Positions 54,261 through 62,903 of a stretch of 64,000 nt of DNA are shown here, in pieces. Each line of letters starts with the position of its first letter. Within the stretch, counting starts at the first letter, position 1. Under the pieces are notes generated by a model. The model was not told where the DNA came from and ran no database searches. It was given only the letters and a program-made list of their open reading frames with translations. Source of the stretch: Francisella tularensis subsp. holarctica (GTDB taxonomy: Bacteria > Pseudomonadota > Gammaproteobacteria > Francisellales > CACEW01); the NCBI GenBank assembly GCA_945879065.1, contig CAMCUU010000003.1, forward strand, positions 2,079-66,078, read 5' to 3'. A program made the position numbers and the translations under genes.

Positions 54261-54289
54261 GTTATATCTCCTACCGTAGGTTTTGTCAA
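54261..54289 (-). promoter_or_regulatory. candidate sigma70 promoter of rep
   Basis: On the minus strand: TTGACA - 17 nt - TATAAC. The spacer contains the cctacggtagg palindrome. Confidence 0.5.
54265..54281. repeat. 17-bp operator-like repeat, copy 1 (tatctcctaccgtaggt)
   Basis: Identical 17-mer at 55209-55225. The core cctac-c-gtagg is palindromic. Confidence 0.6.
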
Positions 54290-54423
54290 ATTTTGAATAA
54301 AAAATAATTGCTCATGTCAATAGACCGCCGTCTGTTTTTACAAAAAACCTGTAAAAAACCAAGGTAAATTAAGAAAAAGAGACCATCCCAAGACTAACAA
54401 TCCGAATAGCGCTGATTTTCCAC

Positions 54424-55057
54424 GGTGCAATCTCTCCTCCTTTCTGTGCAATTTCTCCTCCTTTGCACTAATCACAAAACAATTTCTAAGAATCAGAAAT
54501 TAAAAAAGGCCTTTATTCATTAAAATCCGCACAAAACAACCCTTTCAAGCATGGTTTTTAGTCCATTTTCACGTAAAAACAGCGCCCTGTGCAATCTCTC
54601 CCCCTTTCTGTGTAATTTCTCCTCTTTCAATAGAAATTGAGAAGGGAGCGCTGGCTTGGATATAAAATCTGTGCAATCTCTCCTCCTTTGCACTAATCAC
54701 AAAAACAACTTCTAAGAGTCAAAGATCAAAAAAGGCTCATATTCGTAATAAATTCGTACAAAACCACTCCCTTCAATCAGATTTTTTAGCCCATTTGCAC
54801 TCAAAAATAGCCCTCTGTGCAATCTCTCCTCCTTTCTGTGCAATCTCTCCTCTTATGCTTGTGCAATCTCTCCTCCTTTGACTTTCATAATGAACAATAA
54901 AACCGCAGAAAAACATTTAAAAAAGAAATAAAAATCAATAAGTTATAAATAAAATAAGATTTTTGTTAATTCTGTGCAATCTCTCCTCCTTTCTGTGCAA
55001 TCTCTCCTCCTTTGCTGTGCAATCTCTCCCCTTATGCTGTGCAATCTCTCCTCCTTT
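54424..55057 (+). repeat. oriV iteron array: 12 direct ~21-bp iterons in 5 clusters (2+2+1+3+4)
   Basis: Consensus ctgtgcaatctctcctccttt, starting near 54424, 54444, 54587, 54608, 54669, 54815, 54836, 54858, 54972, 54993, 55015 and 55037. The 122/125-bp spacers 54465-54586 and 54690-54814 are diverged duplicates. An AT-rich tract lies at 54898-54971. Confidence 0.85.
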
Positions 55058-55123
55058 GTCCTTGAAAACCATTGAGCAGCAACGGTTTCACTAGTCGTAA
55101 ACATAGGTTTAAACAAATGTATA

Positions 55124-55139
55124 TAACAACATGTTGTTA
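55124..55139. repeat. perfect 16-bp palindrome (candidate parS/operator)
   Basis: taacaaca|tgttgtta, between the iterons and parA. Confidence 0.45.
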
Positions 55140-55180
55140 CATTCTTAGGTTTGTTTTATAAGTTTTATTTTTAGAACACC

Positions 55181-55209
55181 TTGAATAATCAATCTTTTAG
55201 CCCTAATCT
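55181..55209 (+). promoter_or_regulatory. candidate parA promoter
   Basis: TTGAAT - 17 nt - TAATCT, immediately followed by the 17-bp operator-like repeat. Confidence 0.35.
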
Positions 55210-55225
55210 ATCTCCTACCGTAGGT
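55209..55225. repeat. 17-bp operator-like repeat, copy 2
   Basis: tatctcctaccgtaggt lies 7 nt upstream of the parA ATG and overlaps its RBS (aggtga). Confidence 0.6.
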
Positions 55226-55231
55226 GATTGA

Positions 55232-56125
55232 ATGATTGGGATTATGACTATACAAATCGACGTATCTAATAGAAAAGGAGGCACTGGGAAATCAGAAACA
55301 GCCTTACATTTGGCTATTTACTTAGCTTCTATCAAGGGCAAGAAGGTCCTTTTGATCGACGTTGACGGCTCTAACTGCAGTCTTTCATGTCAATTGCTTA
55401 AAATGGAAAGAGATGGCGTTACAGAGGGTTTTAAACCCCCTATTCATCCAAAGTATGATGATTTGATCGATAAGCACCCTACATGGTCTGGAATTAGCTC
55501 AGTGGCGTCTATTTTCTTCGATGAGCCTGTTATTCCATACGGAACAGCCTATGAGAATCTAGATATCCTTCCGGCCTACACAGCGGCTTTAGATAAAGTC
55601 GAGGAAACTCATAGGAGTCTCGTAGAAAAGAACGTTTACCATAAGTATGAAGCTTGGAGAAACAACGAAGATATAGTTAATTGTTACGATTTTATCGTCA
55701 TTGATCATTCGCCAACTAAAAAACATGTTGCAGATGCAGCCTTGAGCGTTTCAGATGGTTTGATTATTCCAACACAAGCATTGTCGGCCTCACTGAATGG
55801 CATGAAAACAATGTTGCAGATCTGGACTCAAATAAATCAAGCAAGAACCATATCAAACCCGTTGAGACTACTGTCAATTATTATCACTAATTACGATAAA
55901 CGGGTTTCTATTCAGACCGGAATTGTCAATTCAATTGAACAAAATGCAGTTGCTTCAAAATATTTAGCGCCAGAATACATTCCAACCAATAAATTTTTCC
56001 AAGAAAAAGACTATGAACGACAAAAAACGAAGAAAGGTTCAATTTTTGATCTCCCTGAAGGCAATCCTATTAGGGAAAAAGTAGAGAAAAACTGTGAGTA
56101 CATTTACAAGGGAGTCATGGAATGA
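55232..56125 (+). CDS. parA: ParA partition ATPase
   Basis: Deviant Walker A NRKGGTGKS, plus LLIDVDGS and VIDHSPT motifs. Confidence 0.85.
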   Translation: MIGIMTIQIDVSNRKGGTGKSETALHLAIYLASIKGKKVLLIDVDGSNCSLSCQLLKMERDGVTEGFKPPIHPKYDDLIDKHPTWSGISSVASIFFDEPVIPYGTAYENLDILPAYTAALDKVEETHRSLVEKNVYHKYEAWRNNEDIVNCYDFIVIDHSPTKKHVADAALSVSDGLIIPTQALSASLNGMKTMLQIWTQINQARTISNPLRLLSIIITNYDKRVSIQTGIVNSIEQNAVASKYLAPEYIPTNKFFQEKDYERQKTKKGSIFDLPEGNPIREKVEKNCEYIYKGVME

Positions 56126-57159
56126 GCAAGAAATATAAGTCTAAAGCAGAAAAGTATTCTGATAACGAAGATTTTATGGGTGACTTAGAAACAGTGATCC
56201 AAGTTAATGAAGAAAATGCTCATATCAACACTCAGCTCAAAGCCATTGAATGTCGCAGTATCAAGATTCAAAGAAATCAAAGGGCGTTGGCATTAAGCCA
56301 AAAAGATATTTCGCCAACAGGAACGCTGATTTCAGATAGTTCAGACCCTTGTCATGCACAAAAGCTTGCTGAGTTTGAGTCATTAGAACTCACTGCTAAA
56401 AATATTAAAGAAAATGAACTACAAAACCCAATATCAGTCTACATAGATAAAGGATCTTATTATTTAAAAGCAGGGCAACGACGTTTATTGGCTTCAACAA
56501 TTGCTGGTAAAAAGACAATATTAGCGCGTGTCTATGATGAAGTTCCCAATGATTATGACCTTGAAATATTCCAATGGACTGAGAATTTTCATAGAGAAGA
56601 TTTAAGTACTCGAGATACAGTGGCTGCGGTTATGGCTATTGCGACTCTTTGGGAAAAGCGTAATGACTCAAAAATAACACCATCAGGGCTTGCTTCCACA
56701 CTGAATTGTTCTAATTCACAGGCAACCAAATACTTTGCTTTATTAGAAGCTCCTGAGGATGTTCTTGAAGCCATCAGAGGTGGACAGCTAACCAGCCTCA
56801 AAAAAGCCTATGAGCTGACGAAGATTACAGACGTCAAGAAAAGAAAAGAGTTAATGCAAAAAATCATTGATGGTGAAATAACTCAAGACATGATTATCTC
56901 CCTAACATCTCAAGACAAAAAAGAATTGACTAAATCAGTTGAAACAAAATCAAGCAGAGGCAGGGCCTTTGTAAAAGCAAACCTTGGAAGTACAGGATCA
57001 GTGGGTGTTGTTAAGACGCTTATTGACGTTGTCCTTTCAAACTCACATTACAAAGCATTAAAACCAATAATGGGGAAAATAGAAATTTCTGATTTCAAGT
57101 CTGCAACAGCCGCTTTTAAAAAATTAATTGCAGAAATGGAGAAATTAGAGAATGCCTAA
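56122..57159 (+). CDS. parB: ParB/KorB-like partition protein
   Basis: ParB-box NPISVY...LKAGQRRLLAS. ATGA overlap with parA. Confidence 0.8.
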   Translation: MSKKYKSKAEKYSDNEDFMGDLETVIQVNEENAHINTQLKAIECRSIKIQRNQRALALSQKDISPTGTLISDSSDPCHAQKLAEFESLELTAKNIKENELQNPISVYIDKGSYYLKAGQRRLLASTIAGKKTILARVYDEVPNDYDLEIFQWTENFHREDLSTRDTVAAVMAIATLWEKRNDSKITPSGLASTLNCSNSQATKYFALLEAPEDVLEAIRGGQLTSLKKAYELTKITDVKKRKELMQKIIDGEITQDMIISLTSQDKKELTKSVETKSSRGRAFVKANLGSTGSVGVVKTLIDVVLSNSHYKALKPIMGKIEISDFKSATAAFKKLIAEMEKLENA

Positions 57160-57499
57160 TGAAAAGAAAGTAAAAATTACTTTTAAGGCACACAAAGAAC
57201 TTATCAAAGAAATGGGCCTTGGGATTAAAAAAGCTGGATATGGATACCATGAAAAGAGTCGGTGGGTTTCTGAGGCGATCGAATATTTAATTTCAGGAGA
57301 TGATTACCTTGATAATGTCTTAGAAGAAAAACCTATCGGGAAACTTGAAGACAACCCAGCAACTATTTTTATTACGAGTGAGCTCAGAAATAAACTCGAT
57401 AACGCTATCGAAAATTGCTTAAAAAAAGACCCATTTAAGCAGGGGGTCCAGAGCTCAATTATTAGGACAGCAATTATTCAAAAACTGCTGAGAGGCTAG
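57152..57499 (+). CDS. small protein, possible ribbon-helix-helix DNA binder (115 aa)
   Basis: 8-nt overlap with parB. C-terminal IFITSELRNKLDNAIE...SSIIRTAIIQKL looks like an RHH strand-helix-helix. Confidence 0.45.
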   Translation: MPNEKKVKITFKAHKELIKEMGLGIKKAGYGYHEKSRWVSEAIEYLISGDDYLDNVLEEKPIGKLEDNPATIFITSELRNKLDNAIENCLKKDPFKQGVQSSIIRTAIIQKLLRG

Positions 57500-57546
57500 A
57501 TTTTACCCGGTAAAATTTTATAAAATCACATTAAAAACAATGTGTT
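57499..57546 (+). repeat. 48-bp inverted repeat, right copy, flanking the rep-par module
   Basis: gattttacccggtaaaattttataaaatcacattaaaaacaatgtgtt begins at the last base of the 115-aa gene stop codon. A partial third copy (cgggtaaaatgac) lies at 57570-57582. Confidence 0.65.
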
Positions 57547-57685
57547 GAGAGACTAATTAAAAATCAAATCGGGTAAAATGACTGTCGAAACGACTGTAAT
57601 TGATAAGGCGGGTTTTGAGTGACGCCTCTAATTAATAAATTTAAAATGCCTTACAAATTTTGACCAAGATCCAGAGAATTTTTTA

Positions 57686-58678
57686 ATGTCCAATTTTGAG
57701 TCAGCGATCAAAAATATTTTAGAGCGTTACGCACCAATGGCTTATGAACTAGACCGAGATTCAATTCTACTTAAACAAGCTTATGAAGATTTAATAAAGC
57801 AGGGCGCTCTGGGCTTATTAATTCCAGAATCTTGCGGAGGAAAGGGCGGAAATAGAACGGACTGGGCCCGTTATAATATAGAGATGGCCTCATGCTCTGG
57901 GGCCTTATTATTTTTACAGGCCCAACATCAGTTCTCAGTGCATCGCTTAAAAACTTTATTGCCAGAGTCTTTAGGTGTTCGTGATTTATTAAAAGAGGTG
58001 ATTAATACAAAACAGGGGCTTGGATTTATTTCATTACTCCAGGCTAAATCTCTCACGATTATCAGAAAAAAATCTGGTTGGATTTTAAATGGAAAAATCC
58101 GCTGGATCACGGGATGGGATTTTTTCGAGCGATGCTATCTATCGTTCGAATCAGAAGGGCTTCAGCATCATGCTTTAATACCATTTCGGAATAGAGCAGG
58201 GCTCAATTATTCCACCGTGATGAATACCAGTATGTTTCAATCGGCTAATACGGTCTCTTTGAATTTAGAAAACTATTTTTTGTCTGATGAATCGGTGCTC
58301 CATTCAAATCCAATCACAGAGTCTGTGCCTATGGAACATCCGACAATTTATAACTTTGCAGGTATTTCAAAAGCCTGTTTGCGAGAGGCAAAATTAGGTA
58401 AATATTGTCGAAGTGAACAAGCCTTGGTTGAATTTTTTAGGCTGGAGAGAAAATTAGAGGCTTATTGCGAAACAATCTTTTCAGGCCTTTCTCATGAGCC
58501 GTTGGCCCTAAGATCTCGAGGCTTAAAACTTGCCGAAGCCTGCGCGTCTTTCGCTAGACTCATGTGCGGAGCTTCATCCGTGCTAGAAACTCACCCGATG
58601 GGGCGAATCAGCAAAGAACTTTGGCAAAATGCAGTCGCTGGAATTTCAGAGGCTCAAATAGAGGCGTATTTGGAGTAA
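57686..58678 (+). CDS. acyl-CoA dehydrogenase-like flavoprotein (330 aa)
   Basis: The N-terminal pattern LIKQGALGLLIPESCGGKGG is typical of the ACAD family. Shorter than canonical ACADs. Confidence 0.55.
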   Translation: MSNFESAIKNILERYAPMAYELDRDSILLKQAYEDLIKQGALGLLIPESCGGKGGNRTDWARYNIEMASCSGALLFLQAQHQFSVHRLKTLLPESLGVRDLLKEVINTKQGLGFISLLQAKSLTIIRKKSGWILNGKIRWITGWDFFERCYLSFESEGLQHHALIPFRNRAGLNYSTVMNTSMFQSANTVSLNLENYFLSDESVLHSNPITESVPMEHPTIYNFAGISKACLREAKLGKYCRSEQALVEFFRLERKLEAYCETIFSGLSHEPLALRSRGLKLAEACASFARLMCGASSVLETHPMGRISKELWQNAVAGISEAQIEAYLE

Positions 58679-58737
58679 ATAATTTGGTGTTTTTCATATT
58701 GGCATGATTCAATAACTCCTTTTTTAAAAGGACCAGT

Positions 58738-59505
58738 ATGGCAATTCAAACCTTGCTCATTACCGGCTGTACCAAAGGCATTGGTAGGGCTTTAGCGATT
58801 AATTTTGCGCAACAAGATTATAAAATCTATGCCGTTGGCCGAGATCAAAATCAGCTCAGTGAACTTTATACAGTCTCAAAAAATATTCATCCGATTTGCG
58901 CTGACATTACCAGTGTGAATGGCCAAAACGCGATTGAATCAGCTTTAAAAAAAGAAGCTTCTTTATCCATTATTCACAATGCAGGAATTTCAAGCTCATC
59001 GCCTTTTACTCTCATGGCAGAGCAGGATTTAAGACAGGCCTTTGAGACTAATTTTTTTGCCCCCCTTTTATTAACGCAACAACTGCTCGTAAAACTAAGA
59101 GGTCAGCGGGTGCTTTATATTTCTACAGGGGCCGCGGTACAAAATTTAGAAAGTAAGTTGGCCTACTGCACGAGTAAAGGCGCCATGCATCATGCGATTC
59201 AATGTTTGAATACAGAATGTAATTCACATGGCACGTACTTTTCTAACTTACGACCAGGCATGGTGGATACCAATATGCAGGCCGCGCTCCGTGAGGCTAG
59301 CCCTGATATTTTACCTTCCAGAGATTTTTTTATTCGTGCAAAAGAAGAGGGTAAGTTAATCAGTCCAGAGACCGTTGCAGCTTTTGTGAATTTTGTAATG
59401 TTTAAAACAGACCCTAAAGCTTTTACTGAAATTTTTTGGAATATTTACGACGAAGCTTATCATCCAAAATGGCTGCCAGAAGGGGACATGAAACCCAGTT
59501 TTTGA
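58738..59505 (+). CDS. short-chain dehydrogenase/reductase (SDR)
   Basis: TGCTKGIGRALA (TGxxxGxG), NAG, and the catalytic YCTSK motif. Confidence 0.85.
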   Translation: MAIQTLLITGCTKGIGRALAINFAQQDYKIYAVGRDQNQLSELYTVSKNIHPICADITSVNGQNAIESALKKEASLSIIHNAGISSSSPFTLMAEQDLRQAFETNFFAPLLLTQQLLVKLRGQRVLYISTGAAVQNLESKLAYCTSKGAMHHAIQCLNTECNSHGTYFSNLRPGMVDTNMQAALREASPDILPSRDFFIRAKEEGKLISPETVAAFVNFVMFKTDPKAFTEIFWNIYDEAYHPKWLPEGDMKPSF

Positions 59506-59571
59506 TAATAAAAAATTAGGTATTTTGTGATAACACCGACGTTTTATGAGCCTTAGCCATAATAACAATCT

Positions 59572-61515
59572 TTAGACCACTTGTATTAAAACATGCGCCA
59601 GCAAATTTTTCGGTAAAAGTTTTATTCTATTTTTTTCGCAACGCTCGATGATTTCTTGATTCTCATAATGAGAAGTGACTAAAACAGGCGGCTGGCTCAA
59701 CTCTAGTTTTTCCAATACGTCTAAGCCCGTTAAAGAATCTCCCAATAACTCATAGTCAGAAAATATTTTAATCTTGGATTGAGATTGTTTTTCATACCAG
59801 GTCATAAAATCTGAAGAATTATAAAAATGATGAATTTCTAGATTCTTTGAAACCTCATCCAGACGATTATCCCAGGCCCCATGAACAGAGGGGTCATCGT
59901 CTAAAATAGCGATAGGTGTTGACGGGGAGACCTCTATATTTGAAATGAGCCAAGAGGGTGGCTTAACAGAGGGTAGCGTCATTAAAACTTGCGTTCCATG
60001 GCCTAGTGAGGAAATTAACCTGATACTTCCCCCTAATGCTTCAATTGTTTTTTTGGCATGAGAAAGTCCTAAACCATTTCCCTTTTCTTTAGTTGATTCG
60101 AGAGTGTTGGCTAATATTTTTTCTTGAACTTCCTGTGATATGCCAGATCCATTATCACTGACTGCGAGATGAATTTTTTCATGGATGATATCTAGGCTTA
60201 ATTTGATCACACCGTGCTGATGGCCACTCATGGCTTCCACGGAGTTATTAATCAAATTAGATAAAAGGCGCTTCATTTCAGTAGGATTAAACTCAGCGAA
60301 TGTAAAAAATCCTTGCTGGGATATCTCTGATTCAATCGATAAATTTTTATTACTCAGTGTCATTCTTTTTTCAGAAATCAGTGTTTCAACAAGCGGGGAA
60401 AGCAGCCATGTATTAGTGGCAGTATCAAAATCAGAAGTCTTTCCTTTGTGCTGAAGCAATAAGTTATTAGCAATGTCATTGATTCGATTAGCGGCATTGC
60501 GCATCAAAACTCGCTGCTCTTCTGGAATCTGTGGCAATGATTTAAGGCAGATATTAAGCGCTGCAAGGGGCGATCGGATGTCGTGAGCGACTTGAGCCAC
60601 CATTTTTCCAAGAGCGATATTAATTTGCTGCTTTTTATAACTTTTTATGGTTTTAAAAAGATAAGACAGCTCTGAAAGATAATCGTCTTGATGTCCAATC
60701 GATTCATTCCCTAAAGCAATGCTGCGCTGTATTTCGCTGATTGGTGTTATCAGGTAGGAAGTTACAAGTCCTTTTATTAGCCATTTACTGAAAAATAGGA
60801 GGGCCATAACAAATAATAAAAATATCAATAGAGAAATAATAAGCTGGTAGGGGAGGGGCTCGCGATAATTTAATTTAATTGCTGATTTACTTGACCCTAA
60901 GACAGGAAATTCACCTAGTTTTTCTGTGGATAACAAAGGATAAGTACGACATTTTTTATCTTGGCATGAATCAATGTTTTTATTGATAGATTTTAATTTA
61001 GAAACATATTGATCTTCGTTAAAGTAAACCGTTAATTGGTAATCACACTGGCCTAAGGCGGGGTTCAATCGCCCATTGATGTAGCACATGGCTAATGAGC
61101 TATAAGTTTTTGTTTCTTTCCCGTACGAGAACAGATTTTCTCCTGTTTTAGAGGTTACGGAAATTGCAGGAATGAGTTTTCTATCAAGGTCGGAAAATAA
61201 CCATTCCATGTTTGTATAGTTTTCTTGTCGGGTAATTACTCCAGATCTCAAATAATCAATAAAGTCAGAATTATTGCCGATGATGCTGATCTGCTCAGAT
61301 AAATTTGACATCAACAAGCTATTTGCGCTGTTAATTAATTCATCAGCTGTATTTTGTTCTTTTTTATTCACTAAGAAGTAGAAAAAAGAAAAAACAATCA
61401 GTGCCGATACAATGCTTCCAATACTGAGCAACGTTATAATTTTTGAAATTAATTTTTGAAACGACATCAAATCTTTCGCACGGAGTTTAATAGGGTTCTT
61501 AATTATCTTTTTCAT
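59572..61515 (-). CDS. hybrid sensor histidine kinase (periplasmic sensor, HisKA, HATPase_c, C-terminal receiver-like domain)
   Basis: H-box VAHDIRSPL, N-box LLSNLINNSVEA and G-box DNGSGI...GNGLGL. Two TM helices flank a ~190-aa loop. C-terminal ILDDDPS...FSDYEL. Confidence 0.8.
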   Translation of the reverse strand: MKKIIKNPIKLRAKDLMSFQKLISKIITLLSIGSIVSALIVFSFFYFLVNKKEQNTADELINSANSLLMSNLSEQISIIGNNSDFIDYLRSGVITRQENYTNMEWLFSDLDRKLIPAISVTSKTGENLFSYGKETKTYSSLAMCYINGRLNPALGQCDYQLTVYFNEDQYVSKLKSINKNIDSCQDKKCRTYPLLSTEKLGEFPVLGSSKSAIKLNYREPLPYQLIISLLIFLLFVMALLFFSKWLIKGLVTSYLITPISEIQRSIALGNESIGHQDDYLSELSYLFKTIKSYKKQQINIALGKMVAQVAHDIRSPLAALNICLKSLPQIPEEQRVLMRNAANRINDIANNLLLQHKGKTSDFDTATNTWLLSPLVETLISEKRMTLSNKNLSIESEISQQGFFTFAEFNPTEMKRLLSNLINNSVEAMSGHQHGVIKLSLDIIHEKIHLAVSDNGSGISQEVQEKILANTLESTKEKGNGLGLSHAKKTIEALGGSIRLISSLGHGTQVLMTLPSVKPPSWLISNIEVSPSTPIAILDDDPSVHGAWDNRLDEVSKNLEIHHFYNSSDFMTWYEKQSQSKIKIFSDYELLGDSLTGLDVLEKLELSQPPVLVTSHYENQEIIERCEKNRIKLLPKNLLAHVLIQVV

Positions 61516-62578
61516 TGAGTTTTATTTTGAGAGCCTCCCACTCCTGATCATATTGTGGGAAGTCAGATACGGGCTCAATCCATGATAATTTTGGTAGCAT
61601 TTTTGCTGTTTGGCCATAAAGAGCATGGAATCGAGGATCATCAACTGAGTCTTGAAAATAGGGTGAAAAATAGTAGGTGCTGTTTTCTACATAGGCCATT
61701 ACTTTTGGACTTTCGAGGACATGTGCAACACAGCTTGCTGGTTGAGAGTTTTTTATTTGGGCTAAGAGATCCGTACAGATATAGGATAATTTAGGATCTA
61801 GAATGAATTTGTAGGGCTTGTGAGATTGTTGGATATATAAAATAGAATCACCAGACCACATAAAACTCATGGCAAAATTATTCAGTTTATAAATTTGGTT
61901 GTAATCATTAGTTGTGAAGATATTAGTGTTTTGACTGACTCTTTTAAAATTATTGTAATTAAGCTCAACCATGCCCTCTGAATCATAAGTGTTCTTTGGC
62001 CATACTTGGCCTGATGTTTTGTAGCCTAACGTTAAGAGACTTCGTATTTCTGCGGGATCATCCACAACCACTACATAATTGTTTTTGGCGCTTTTGAAAA
62101 TATCAAAAATATCTTCGCCTGGAGTTATTTGCATCACAGCAGGGTTATACATAAAACCCATCAAGGCATGTGAGAAAAATACGACGTTTTTTGGATAGTT
62201 ATGCTGAAAATAATAATCTCTAAAGTATGGGTAATACCCCTTAGCAACATCAGATAACGTGCTGTTGTTATCTGCAATTTTGTTTTCAATGCTTTTATAC
62301 ATTAAGTTTGAAAAGACGATGACATCATAACGGTCTTGGTGCTTTTTAAAGATCTCAGAAAATTCTTCATTCGTATAATATTCATCGACTGATAAATTGA
62401 CGCCGCATTGGTCTTTTACTGCTTCAGCAATGCGTGGGTCATCCAGGTATCCCCACCAAGAAAGGACGTTAACATAGTTCTTGGTATCGAGGCTTTTATC
62501 TTCAGCCATGGAATACTGACTTAAAGTAGTAAAAAGCCCTATAAGGGCTGCCTTACGAAAGAAGTTACTTTTATACAA
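61499..62578 (-). CDS. periplasmic solute-binding protein, PotD/PotF (polyamine)-like
   Basis: VLSWWGYLDDPRIAEAVKDQCGVNLSVDEYYTNEEF...YDVIVFSN. The TTG start at 62578 gives the signal peptide LYKSNFFRKAALIGLFTTLSQYSMA and overlaps the upstream stop. The longer track ORF would overlap the ABM gene. Confidence 0.6.
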   Translation of the reverse strand: MYKSNFFRKAALIGLFTTLSQYSMAEDKSLDTKNYVNVLSWWGYLDDPRIAEAVKDQCGVNLSVDEYYTNEEFSEIFKKHQDRYDVIVFSNLMYKSIENKIADNNSTLSDVAKGYYPYFRDYYFQHNYPKNVVFFSHALMGFMYNPAVMQITPGEDIFDIFKSAKNNYVVVVDDPAEIRSLLTLGYKTSGQVWPKNTYDSEGMVELNYNNFKRVSQNTNIFTTNDYNQIYKLNNFAMSFMWSGDSILYIQQSHKPYKFILDPKLSYICTDLLAQIKNSQPASCVAHVLESPKVMAYVENSTYYFSPYFQDSVDDPRFHALYGQTAKMLPKLSWIEPVSDFPQYDQEWEALKIKLNEKDN

Positions 62579-62888
62579 GCTCAATCTCTTTATGCGTGGT
62601 GATCTCCATAGAGTCAACCAGTGATGGAATAACCTCATCAAAGAAGTGTTTTGTGTAATCTTGGTCGCAGTGAAACTCAAAGGCTGCTTGGTCTTTAAAT
62701 CGGTCGATAAAAGTAAATACACTTGGATCCTCTTCACTTTGATGGAGTTCGTAACGAAGGCATCCTGGCTCAGCGGGGCTTAGTTTTTTTAACTGAGAAA
62801 AAACGGATAATAATTCATCTGTTTTATTTTCTTTTGCTTTAAGCGTTGCGATGCATATGAGGTATGTATTTTTAATTATCTTCATCAT
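62571..62888 (-). CDS. antibiotic-biosynthesis-monooxygenase (ABM/YgiN-like) domain protein
   Basis: About 100 aa. EPGCLRYELHQSEEDPSVFTFIDRFKDQAAFEFH matches the ABM dimeric alpha/beta-barrel pattern. Confidence 0.75.
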   Translation of the reverse strand: MMKIIKNTYLICIATLKAKENKTDELLSVFSQLKKLSPAEPGCLRYELHQSEEDPSVFTFIDRFKDQAAFEFHCDQDYTKHFFDEVIPSLVDSMEITTHKEIELV

Positions 62889-62903
62889 TGTTCCTTTTTT
62901 TAC

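Noticed and set aside
54424-55057. A regularly repeated ~21-bp sequence that could superficially be taken for a CRISPR array.
   Set aside because: The repeats are mostly directly abutting or separated by irregular 2-, 122- and 125-bp spacers, and two of the spacers are homologous to each other. There are no cas genes. An adjacent Rep gene has an inverted copy in its promoter. This is a classical iteron origin.
61499-62737. The 412-aa version of the solute-binding protein ORF from the ORF track.
   Set aside because: Its first ~53 codons overlap the ABM gene in another frame and encode no signal peptide. A TTG at 62578 gives a typical signal sequence and stop-start coupling.
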